NCBI GenBank assembly: GCA_963734535.1
Contig: CAVTHS010000007.1
Coordinates: 96,001 to 160,000, forward strand
DNA length: 64,000 bases
Direction: 5' to 3'
DNA from: an uncultured Chloroflexia bacterium
GTDB lineage: Bacteria; Chloroflexota; Limnocylindria; Limnocylindrales; CSP1-4
The notes under the pieces were generated by a model. The model was not told where the DNA came from and searched no databases. It saw only the letters and a program-made list of their open reading frames with translations. Positions 1 to 9,326 of the stretch are shown in pieces (position 1 is the stretch's first letter; every line of letters starts with the position of its first letter). The translations under genes and the position numbers were made by a program.

Positions 1-762
1 CTCCCACCGTTCGGTGCGCTCGATCGCGCCTGGGCGATCGGCGGGAGCGACGGCAGCGGCGTCACCGTCGCGATCATCGACTCGGGGGTGGAGCGAGACC
101 ATCCGGCTGTCGGCGGGAAGCTGGCCCGCAGCGTCCGGGTCGAGCTGGCCGCGGACCCGGAGGACGACCCCGTGATCCTCGACGACGAGGAAGGCACCGA
201 CGTGGTGGGGCACGGGACCGCCTGCGCCGGGATCATCCACGCGATCGCGCCGGGCGCGGACCTCGTCTCGGTCCGGGTCCTCGGACCGGACAACCGCGGC
301 AAGGGGATCGTGTTCGCGGCGGGCCTCGACTGGGCGATCGGCCAGGGCGCCGGCGTGATGAACCTGTCGCTCTCGTCGAAGAGCGATGCGCTGTTCGCGC
401 TCTTTCACGATCTCGCCGACCGGGCCTACTTCGCGAACGCGCTCCTCGTGTGCGCGGCGAACAACGTGCCCGGGAACAGCTACCCATCCCTCTTCGCGTC
501 GGTCATCTCCGTCGCGGCGCATGACCTCGCGGACCCGGCCGCGTGGTTCTACAACCCGAGCCCGCCGGTGGAGTTCGGGGCCCACGGGCTGGACGTCAAC
601 GTCGCCTGGCGCGGCGGGAGCCGCATGATCGCGACGGGCAACAGCTTTGCCGCCCCCCACATCGCCGGGTACGCGGCGCTGATCCGGTCCAAGCACCCGG
701 AGGCGACCCCGTTCGAGGTGAAGGCGATCCTGGCCGCGACCGCTTCGTCGCCGGCCGGCTGA
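1..762 (+). CDS. S8 (subtilisin-like) serine peptidase, 5' truncated by the window edge
   Basis: Frame is open from base 1. Triad motifs VAIIDSG (Asp), DVVGHGTACAG (His) and TGNSFAAP (Ser) are present. Confidence 0.93.
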   Translation, partial: LPPFGALDRAWAIGGSDGSGVTVAIIDSGVERDHPAVGGKLARSVRVELAADPEDDPVILDDEEGTDVVGHGTACAGIIHAIAPGADLVSVRVLGPDNRGKGIVFAAGLDWAIGQGAGVMNLSLSSKSDALFALFHDLADRAYFANALLVCAANNVPGNSYPSLFASVISVAAHDLADPAAWFYNPSPPVEFGAHGLDVNVAWRGGSRMIATGNSFAAPHIAGYAALIRSKHPEATPFEVKAILAATASSPAG

Positions 763-767
763 AGGGG

Positions 768-806
768 GAAGACGGCCGTCCCCGGAGGAGCGGGGCGGCC
801 GTCTTC
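768..806. terminator. Hairpin between convergent genes, probable terminator
   Basis: GAAGACGGCCG(T)CCCC ... GGGGCGGCCGTCTTC inverted repeat just after the S8 stop codon; no long U-tract. Confidence 0.6.
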
Positions 807-871
807 AGGGTCCGGGCGAGCCGGCGGGTCCAATCGCCGGCGGATTCCCCCGTGTGATTTCGACGGAGCGG

Positions 872-1465
872 TCAGGCGGGCGACGCCTCGGTTGCGAGCC
901 GGCGCGCCCGCGCCGCGAGGGCCGGGTTCCCGTTGCGCTCGAACGCCTCCGCCGCCTGCGTCGCGATCGACGCGGCCTCGCGACCACGTCCGGCCAGCTG
1001 CAGCAGTCGCGCGACGTCCACCAGGGCGTCGGCCGCGAGCACGACCAGGTCAGATTCCTGGGCGAACCGAACCGCCTCGCGGGCGACGCTCCGGGCCCCG
1101 CTCGTGTCGCCGGCGCGCTCCAGGGCTCTGGCTCGCCGGGCGCGCCAGAGCACCTGGACGAACGTGTCGTCCTCCGCGGAGGCGTCGATCGACGCCGCGG
1201 ACGTGGCCCCCGGTCTCGCGGCGGCATCGAGCGCCTGCCCGAGGAAGGGCGACATGAAGCTGTGCCCCTCCACGTCGCCCTCGGTGCCAGCGGCCACGCG
1301 ATCGCGACCGGGGAGTCGCCGTTCGGCCGAGAAGCCGTCGCCGGCTCCGGGAATCTCGGGCATGCCGTGGCCGCTCACGTCGTCGTCGGCGAAGCCGTCG
1401 CCCGGACCCATCCGGCGGCGTGCGTTCACCAGGCCATCCGGCCCGGTCGCATCCCGGTCTCCCAT
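872..1465 (-). CDS. Hypothetical protein: acidic GDGF/DVxGH-repeat N-terminus plus TPR-like helical C-terminus
   Basis: ORF 872..1603; ATG 1465 chosen for its purine-rich upstream sequence. The C-terminal part (VQVLWRARRARALERAGD...AADALVDVARLL...A..AFERNGN) resembles the TPR-like tails of large cyclase/ATPase proteins. Confidence 0.6.
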   Translation of the reverse strand: MGDRDATGPDGLVNARRRMGPGDGFADDDVSGHGMPEIPGAGDGFSAERRLPGRDRVAAGTEGDVEGHSFMSPFLGQALDAAARPGATSAASIDASAEDDTFVQVLWRARRARALERAGDTSGARSVAREAVRFAQESDLVVLAADALVDVARLLQLAGRGREAASIATQAAEAFERNGNPALAARARRLATEASPA

Positions 1466-1931
1466 GATCCACCCCTGTCGGTTCGGTCCCCCAGCCGCGA
1501 GTGCGGCCCCCGGCGTCATTGCCCCGGGATCCCTGCATGGTGGCGGGTCGACGCCCGCGCGACAATCCCCGACCCGACAGCCGTCGTGTCGCGAGGGCGA
1601 CATCCGGCCGATGAATCCCGCCCAGCGGCCCGCGGCCTGCCGTCTGCCGGGATTCCCCGTGAAATCCTCGTCAATGGCGACCCTGGGAGCAGTATCCGAC
1701 GTGTGGTCTCGGCAGGACGGCCCAGATCGACGCGGGAGGCCGGACCGGCGCCACGGTCATCGGTATCGCTGCGTGCACGAAGCACACGCGAGGAAATCCA
1801 CGGCCGCAGCCGGCCTGCCCGCCTCCACGTGCCGCCCGGGGTTCGACCTTCCGGGTCAGTGATTGCAGGCGCCGCGTTAGCGAGGAAAGTGGGCCGGCGG
1901 CGCAACGCGCGGCGCCCGCCACGGCGTCCCC

Positions 1932-3678
1932 TCAGCCTGCCGCGCCCGGCGCCCCGCGGCGGAGGTCCAGCAGCCGCGGCGCCAGGCCGGGTCCCGCGTT
2001 GACCAGCTCAAGGAAGCTGGCCCCGTCGAGCGCGAGCAGCGTGCCGTCCGTCGTCGCCGTCACGGTCGCGGTCCTGGCCGTCGAGCGGAGCAGGCCGATC
2101 TCGCCGAACACCTCTCCGCTGGCCATCGAGCGGAGCCGGGCGGGCGGTGCGTCCGCGGGATCGCCCGGCTCGCGGCGTGTCACCCTGAACGTGCCGGCCT
2201 CGATGACGTAGAACCGATCCGCGGGATCGCCCTGCCGGATCACGACGTCGCCCGCGCGGGCCGACACCGGGACCAGCCGCGTCGCCACGGCCTCCAGCGT
2301 CGGCACCGGCACGCCGGAGAAGATCGTCAGCCGCGCCAGGCTCGCGAAGCGGGTCGCGGCGATGCTCTCCGGGGCGCGGCGGGCCGCGGGCGCAGCAAGT
2401 ACCGCCCCGATCAGCCCCGCGACGGCGACCGCAGCGCCGGTCGCCGCGAGGACCGTCCCGATCCCGAGGGCGTTCGCAAGCACCGGCAACGCGAACGAAC
2501 CGGCGGCGAACGCGAGCGTGGATGCAGTTGCCAGGACGCCCAGCGTCCGTCCGCGGATCTCGTCGGGGATGGCGCGCTGGAGGATCGTGGTGCTGGTGAC
2601 CTCCACGAGCAGCGCCCCGGCCGAGGCCACGGCGATCGTGCCGACCGCCAGCGGCATCGAGCCCGAGATCCCGAGGGCGGCGAGGCCCGCGGCGAGCACG
2701 AGCGATCCGCCCGCGAGGACGCCGACAAGGCTCGGCCGCAGGACGAAGACCCCGGCGAGGAGCGCGCCCACCAGCCCGCCGACACCGATCCCGGCGTTCA
2801 GGAAGCCGGTCCCCGCGTCGCCCGCTCCCAGGGACGACACGGCGATGACGACGGTCAGCACGCCAAGGCCACCGCCCGCGACGCTCCCGACGAGGTCGAT
2901 CAGGGCGAGGCCGAGCACGGGGACCACCACCGTACGACGGCGCTCGCGGCCTGTCAGGGTCGTCACCGGCGTCGCGGCCGTGGCCTGCGCGGGGGCCGTC
3001 GCGGGGGTCGCGGCGACATCGCCGTGCCCGACCGGGGTCCCGCCCGCAGCGGAGACGTTCCGGCTCTCGCCGGTCGCGGAGCGCCGCGGCGACGGAAGCC
3101 GCCACAGGACCGCGGCGATGACGGCGAACGTGACCGCGTTGAGGATGAACGCCAGGACCAGCCCGCCGGCGGCGATCAGGAGCCCCCCGATCGCCGGCCC
3201 GATCACGAAGGCAAGGTTGTCGAGCGTGGACCAGGCGCTGTTCGCGGGGCCGAGCTGCTCCTCGTTCGCGACGAGGGAGGGAAGGTATGCGCCGATCGCG
3301 GGCCCGAAGAACGTCGAGAAGCAGGTCGCGACGACGGCGAGGCCGACGATCGTGACGATCGGCGCGTTCGTGGCGACAAGGGCCGCCATGACCAGCATGA
3401 GCAGCCCGCGCGCGACATCGGTGACCAGGAGGATGAGCCGGCGATCGTACCGGTCCGCGATGATGCCCGCCGGGATCGACAGCGACCACGTAGGGCAGGA
3501 CGCGCGCCGCGCCCACGATCCCGAGGACCAGCGGGTCGTTCGAGACCTCGTAGACGAGGATCAGGATCGCCACGAGGTAGAGCCAGTCGCCGATCGACGA
3601 GACGAACTCCCCGGCGAGGAGCCGCGCCAGCGGGCGGTTCCCGAGCAGGAGGCGATAGGCCCGCAGGACCGCGATCAT
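1932..3678 (-). CDS. MFS transporter fused to a C-terminal cyclic-nucleotide-binding domain (frameshift near 3483)
   Basis: N-terminus lies in ORF 2008..3678 (GEFVSSIGDWLY). Removing one base gives LSIPAGIIADRYDRR and joins ORF 1932..3398. cNMP motifs VIRQGDPADRFYVI and FGEIGLL...RTATV are present. Confidence 0.88.
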
Positions 3679-3772
3679 CCGCGGAGGGTACGGCCCGGGC
3701 TGGCGATTCGCACGCCCGAAACGCGGCTGCCGAAACCGCGCGGCCCGAGGTCACGCTCGGGCCGCCTCGAAC

Positions 3773-4401
3773 TCAGCGCCCGCGGACGACCACGCCCTCC
3801 ACCGCGAGCAGCGCCCGTTTGAGCGCGAGGAGCTCGGTGCGGCTGCCGAACCAGCTGCCACCGTAGCCGCCGAGCGTCCCGTCGCCCGCGATCACGCGGT
3901 GGCAGGGGATCAGGAGGCCGACCGGGTTGCGGCCGACCGCCCCGCCGACGGCGCGGGCCGCGCCCGGTGAGCCGATCCGTCGGGCGACCTCGCCGTACGA
4001 GGCGGTGGCGCCGTGCGGAATCGTCGGACGCCCTCCAGCACGCGCCGATCCCAGTCGCTGATGCCCTCGAGGACGATCGGGACGGTGAAGGCCGTCCCCG
4101 AGCCGGCGAGATGCTCAGCCAGCTCGACCTCGAGCCGCCCGACCAGCGCCCGGGTGGCAGGGTCCGCGTCGGCGATACGCAACGTCGGCCGGCCCGTCCG
4201 CCGGGCGACCGAGGCGGCGAACGCCTCGAACGTGGTCCGGAGCTCCACGCCGTGGATTCCGTCAGGGCCTGCGGCCACGTGCACGGGCCCCAGCTTCGAC
4301 TCGAGGACGGCGATCGCGAGGGGCTCCGCGGCGCCGACGCCCCGAATCGCGCCCCTCCCTGGATTCACGGGCGGAGTGTACGGTGCTCGCGGGCCGGGCA
4401 T
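3773..4401 (-). CDS. ogt: Methylated-DNA--protein-cysteine methyltransferase (frameshift near 4025)
   Basis: The frame after the shift reads [17 protein letters not shown]...[22 protein letters not shown]...LGGY, with the PCHR active site. Start is 4401 or GTG 4368. Confidence 0.88.
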
Positions 4402-4488
4402 GTGCCCACGTCACCGTGCCACGGCGTTGGCGCGCCGGTGGTCTCCGGCCTCGGACAATGCCGTCGCCAGATCCCGAATCCCGGTGGT

Positions 4489-4505
4489 ATACTCCCCGGG
4501 AGTAT
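4489..4505. promoter_or_regulatory. CsoR-type operator overlapping the copA -10 box and start codon
   Basis: Perfect palindrome ATACTCCC-C-GGGAGTAT with a C/G-tract core, overlapping TG-G-TATACT (4485-4493) and ATG 4504. Confidence 0.7.
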
Positions 4506-7324
4506 GACGACCAGCGTCCCAGTCTCCGCTCCCGACCTACCCGCCGACGTCGCGCCGCCGCTCGAGGTCAGCTTCCCGGTGGTCGGGATGACCTGCGCGT
4601 CGTGCAGCAACCGGATCGAGCGTTTCCTGCGAAAGACGGACGGCGTGGTCGAGGCGAGCGTGAACCTCGCCACCGAGGTCGCCACGATCCGCTACCTGCC
4701 GCAGCAGGTGGGCCGTGCCGACCTGGTCGGCGCGATCGAGAAGGCAGGCTACGAGGTCCGGCCGGGTGCGCTCCAGGCCGCCGACGCCCGCGCCGCCGTG
4801 GCGAGCGGCACCTCGGCGACCGGCGCCACGCGCGGCGCGGTGGCCGCTGCCGGCGACGCGGTCGCCACCGAGATGGACGAGACCGAGCGCGCGCGCGCCG
4901 CCGAGACGCGCCAGCTCGGGATCCAGTCGGCGGTCTCGATCGCCGTTGCCGTCGGGATCATGGTCGTGATGTTCTGGCCGGCGATCCCGCTCGCGATGAC
5001 CGACGTCAACCGGCTGGTCCTGTGGCCGGCCACGTTCATCCAGCTCTGGGCCGGGCGGCGCTTCTACGAGGCAGCCTGGCGTGCGTTCCGCCACGGCTTC
5101 GGGACGAACATGAGCACGCTCGTGGCCGTCGGCACCAGCGCCGCCTGGGCCTACAGCGTCTTCGTGACCATGTACCCCGAGATCATCATGCGCGCCGGCC
5201 TGTCGGGCGAGACGTACTTCGACTCGTCGGCGATCATCATCGGCCTGATCCTCCTGGGGAAGTGGCTCGAGGCGCGGGCAAAGGGCCGCACGACCGGCGC
5301 GATCAAGCGCCTCATCGGGCTCCAGGCGAAGACCGCCCGGCTGCTGACCGATGCCGGCGAGGTGGACGTCCCGATCGACCAGGTCCTGCCCGGCGACCTC
5401 CTCCGGGTCCGGCCCGGCGAGAAGGTCCCGACCGACGGCGTGCTCATCGAGGGAAGCAGCGCGCTCGACGAGGCGATGCTGACCGGCGAGGCGATGCCCG
5501 TCACGAAGCGGCCCGGCGACGAGGTGATCGGCGCCACCCTCAACACGACCGGCAGCTTCGTGATGCGCGCGACGCGGGTCGGGAGCGAGACGGCGCTCGC
5601 CCAGATCGTGGAGCTCGTGCGCCGGGCGCAGGGCTCGAAAGCGCCGATCCAGCGCCTGGCCGACCAGATCAGCGCGATCTTCGTGCCCGCCGTTCTCGCG
5701 GTCGGTGCGCTCACGTTCGCGCTCTGGTGGCTGCTGGGCCCGGAGCCGAAGCTGACCCTGGCGCTCGCCGCGTTCATCACCGTCGTGGTCATCGCCTGCC
5801 CGTGCGCCATGGGGCTCGCGACGCCGACGGCGATCATGGTGGGCACCGGGCGCGGGGCCGAGGCCGGGATCCTGGTCCGCGGCGGTGAGGCCCTCGAGAC
5901 CGCCCAGCGGGTGACCACGGTCCTGTTCGACAAGACGGGCACCCTCACGCGCGGCACGCCCGCGGTGGCGGATCTCGTCCCGGTTCCCGGCGGCGACCCG
6001 GAGGCGCTCCTTCGGCTGGCAGCGGCCGTCGAAGCCGGCTCCGAGCATCCGCTCGCGAGCGCCATCCTCCTCGCGGCGCGCGAGCGCGGCCTCGCCTTCC
6101 CGGGCGCGGAGCAGTTCGCCGCGATCGTGGGCGGCGCGCGAGGCGAGCGTCGACGGTGTGCCGGTGCTCGTCGGGAGCGCGCGGCTGCTCGGCGAACGTG
6201 GCATCGACATCGGCCCGCTCGGCGTCATCGGCGACGCGCAGGCCGCTCAGGGCCGGACGCCGGTCTTCGTTGCCCGCGACGGCGTCGCCATCGGGCTCAT
6301 CACGATCGCGGACCCGGTCAAGCCGGAGGCCGCGGAGGCCGTCCGTGCGCTCGCCGCCCAGGGCGTCACGGCGTGGCTCGTCACCGGCGATCATCGGGCG
6401 ACTGCCGAGGCCGTCGCCCTGGCCGCCGGGATCCCGGCCGAGCGGATCCGCGCAGGCGTCCTGCCCGGGGACAAGGCCGCGCTCGTGGCAGAGCTGCAGG
6501 CGGCGGGCGCGGTCGTCGCGATGGTCGGCGACGGGATCAACGACGCTCCCGCGCTCGCGGCGGCGGATCTCGGCATCGCGATCGGGACCGGTGCCGACGT
6601 CGCCATCGAGGCCTCCGATGTGACGCTCGTCGGCGGCGACCCTCGCGGGGTGGTGTCCGCGCTCGCGCTCTCGCGCCGGACGATGGCGGTCATTCGCCAG
6701 AACCTCTTCTGGGCGTTCGCCTACAACGTGCTCCTCATCCCGGTTGCGATGGGCATCCTCTACCCGGCCTTCGGCATCACCCTGAATCCCGCGATGGCGG
6801 CCGGGGCGATGGCCCTCTCCTCGGTGAGCGTCATCTCGAACTCGCTGCGTCTTCGGGCCTACGATCCGCGCCCCGCGGCGGTGCTGGCTTCGAGCCGCCA
6901 CGCAGGCTGGACGCGGGTCCGAGATGCCGCCTACCTGGGCCTCGTGGCGTTCGCGGCGGTCGGAATTGCCGCCGGTGTCATCGGCTACGGGCGCTGGCTC
7001 GACGCGAACGCACGGCCGGTGGACCTGGTCGCGACCGGCCTCCGCGGCGACGCGCCGGTCGTCGCGATCGCTGCCGGCCAGGACGTCCTCGTCACGTTCC
7101 GCAACGACGACGTGGCCGTCCAGGTCTGCACGCTCCCCGGGGTGCCCCGCGTCGAGCTCAACCCGCGGCCCGGCGCGGCCCAGGCCGCCCGCTTCGCCAT
7201 CGCGACACCCGGCACCTATGAGCTGATGTGCGCCCCCGCGGACGGCGGGATGATGTCGGCGACGGACCCGGCGCCCGCTGCCGGCGCGGGACGGGTTGGC
7301 GCCCGATTCGTGGTCGGCCCCTGA
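4504..7324 (+). CDS. copA: Cu(I)-translocating P1B-type ATPase with a C-terminal TM + cupredoxin-like extension (frameshift near 6136)
   Basis: HMA motif [33 protein letters not shown] and MALSS motifs, split across ORFs 3967..7221 and 6158..7324. Confidence 0.92.
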
Positions 7325-7364
7325 CCGACGGCCGACGCGGCACCCGGCGACGCTGGGCGCCTGG

Positions 7365-7880
7365 TCAGGCGAGCAGGGGCACCCCGATGAGCAGGATCGG
7401 GGTCGCCACCGCGACGGCGACGACGGCCCCGATGCGCCCGGCGCGCCTGCCGAACCCGTGCGGCGAGAAGAGCTGGCTCGCCGCGATCCCGCCGACCGCG
7501 CCGGGCGTCGCCAGGATCGCGGCAAGGAACCCGACCGGCAGGACGTTGGCGCCGCCGAGGATCGCCACGCGCTCGCCCGCCAGGACCGTGATCAGCGTCA
7601 GGAGATCGGCCGCCACGACTGCCCCCGTCGCGGCGCCCAGGATCGCGTCGAGCCGGGTCGCGGTCAGCCCGATCGGGTAGGCGATCGCGAAGACGCCAAC
7701 CGCGAGGACCGGCAGCGCGAGCACGATCGTCCCCGTGAGCCCGCCCGGCAGCGCGGCAACGCCCACCGCGGCGCCCCGGTCCCAGCGATACGCGACGACG
7801 GTGAGCAGCGAGAGCAGGCCGGCGAACAGCCCCGCCTCGAGGCCGCGGCGGAGCCACGCGGGGAGGCGAACGGCAGGCAT
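7365..7880 (-). CDS. Hypothetical integral membrane protein
   Basis: 171 aa with about five hydrophobic segments; fills the gap between copA and fabF. Confidence 0.7.
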   Translation of the reverse strand: MPAVRLPAWLRRGLEAGLFAGLLSLLTVVAYRWDRGAAVGVAALPGGLTGTIVLALPVLAVGVFAIAYPIGLTATRLDAILGAATGAVVAADLLTLITVLAGERVAILGGANVLPVGFLAAILATPGAVGGIAASQLFSPHGFGRRAGRIGAVVAVAVATPILLIGVPLLA

Positions 7881-7936
7881 CGGTCGATCCTACTCGGCGC
7901 CGGCGGGGTGGTCGCCTCGTCGCCGCGCGACCGCGC

Positions 7937-9211
7937 CTACTCGCCCCGGTACTTCCGGAAGATCGCGACCGCGTTCTGGCCGCCGAACCCGAAGCCGTTG
8001 ACCATCACCGTGTCGAGCTTCGCCGGCCGGGCAGTCCCCGGGACGTAGTCGAGGTCGCAGTCGGGCAGGTCGGGGTTCTCGAGGTTTGCCGTCGGGGAGA
8101 TCACCTGGTCGCGGATGCCGCCGAGCGCGGCGAGCGCGCTCGCGATCCCCGCCGCCCCCACGAGGTGCCCGATCATCGACTTCGGCGAGCTGATCGCGCG
8201 GCCGTAGGCAGCCGGCCCGAAGGATGCCTTGATCGCGCGCGACTCCGTGGAGTCGTTGAGCGGCGTGGACGTCCCGTGCGCCACGATCCAGTCGATCTCG
8301 TCTGCCGTCACGCCGGCGTGCTCCCGGGCCATGGTCATCGCGCGCGACGCGCCGCGGCCGGTCGGCTCCGGCGCCGAGATGTGGAAGGCGTCCGCGGTCA
8401 GCGCGCCGCCGAGCACCTCCGCGATCGGCGTCGCCCCGCGCGCCAGGGCATGCGCGAGCGATTCCACCACCACGACGCCGCCGCCCTCGCCGAGGACGAA
8501 GCCGTCGCGGTCACGGTCGAACGGTCGCGAGGCATGCGTCGGGTCATCGTTCCGCTTGCTGAGCGCGCCCATGTTGCCGAGCGCGGCGATGCCGACCTCC
8601 AGGACGGGCGCCTCGGTGCCGCCGGTCAGGACCACGTCGCACTCGCCGGTCGCGATCAACCGGAGGGCGTCGTGGAACGCGATGACGGACGTGGCGCACG
8701 CGGCCACCTGGGTCATGACCGGACCCGTGATGCCGTACTCCATGCTCAGCATGCAGGCGGCCATCGAGCCGGAGAGCGCTGGGATCGCGAACGGTGAGAC
8801 GAACCGGGGCCCGCGCTCCCGCCGAACGTGCGTTCCCTCGACGATCTGCTCGATCCCGCCGCCGCCCGTATTGACGACCACGCCGAACCGGTCGCGGGCG
8901 TCCTGGTCGAACGTCGCCGGGTCCAGGCTCGCCGACGCGAGCGCTTCCTTCGCCGCCGCCATCGCGAAGTGGATGAAGCGGCTCATCCGGCGGGCCATCT
9001 TCGCGTCCATGTGATCCGCGGCGCGGAAGCCCTTGACCTCGGCCGCGATCTTGACCTCGAACTCGGCCGGGTCGAAGGCGGTGATCCGTGCCACCCCGGA
9101 GACGCCGTCGCGCAGGTTGCGCCAGTACGTCTCGAAGTCGTTGCCGATCGGCATGACGGCTCCCAGGCCGGTCACGACGGCGCGGCGGGCGGGGTCGGCG
9201 CTGGGTGGCAC
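7937..9211 (-). CDS. fabF: Beta-ketoacyl-ACP synthase II
   Basis: RRAVVTGLG, AACATS (Cys), AHGTST and GHL (two His), GFGFGGQN. Confidence 0.93.
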   Translation of the reverse strand: MPPSADPARRAVVTGLGAVMPIGNDFETYWRNLRDGVSGVARITAFDPAEFEVKIAAEVKGFRAADHMDAKMARRMSRFIHFAMAAAKEALASASLDPATFDQDARDRFGVVVNTGGGGIEQIVEGTHVRRERGPRFVSPFAIPALSGSMAACMLSMEYGITGPVMTQVAACATSVIAFHDALRLIATGECDVVLTGGTEAPVLEVGIAALGNMGALSKRNDDPTHASRPFDRDRDGFVLGEGGGVVVVESLAHALARGATPIAEVLGGALTADAFHISAPEPTGRGASRAMTMAREHAGVTADEIDWIVAHGTSTPLNDSTESRAIKASFGPAAYGRAISSPKSMIGHLVGAAGIASALAALGGIRDQVISPTANLENPDLPDCDLDYVPGTARPAKLDTVMVNGFGFGGQNAVAIFRKYRGE

Positions 9212-9326
9212 GGGCGAGGTCCTCCGGGAGCGAGCTGAGGCGGTGCGAGTGCGTCGATGGGCGCGGCACTCGGGCGACGACGGGCGGTGTCCGACGGCGC
9301 CGCCTCGATTGTAGCCCCGGGCTCGG

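Noticed and set aside
1830-1860. GGTTCGAC T-loop-like motif suggesting a tRNA
   Set aside because: No acceptor stem, D arm or anticodon arm can be built around it.
6120-6160. Programmed frameshift in copA producing a chaperone, as in E. coli copA
   Set aside because: The break lies in the nucleotide-binding domain rather than after the metal-binding domain, and there is no slippery heptamer; more likely an indel error.
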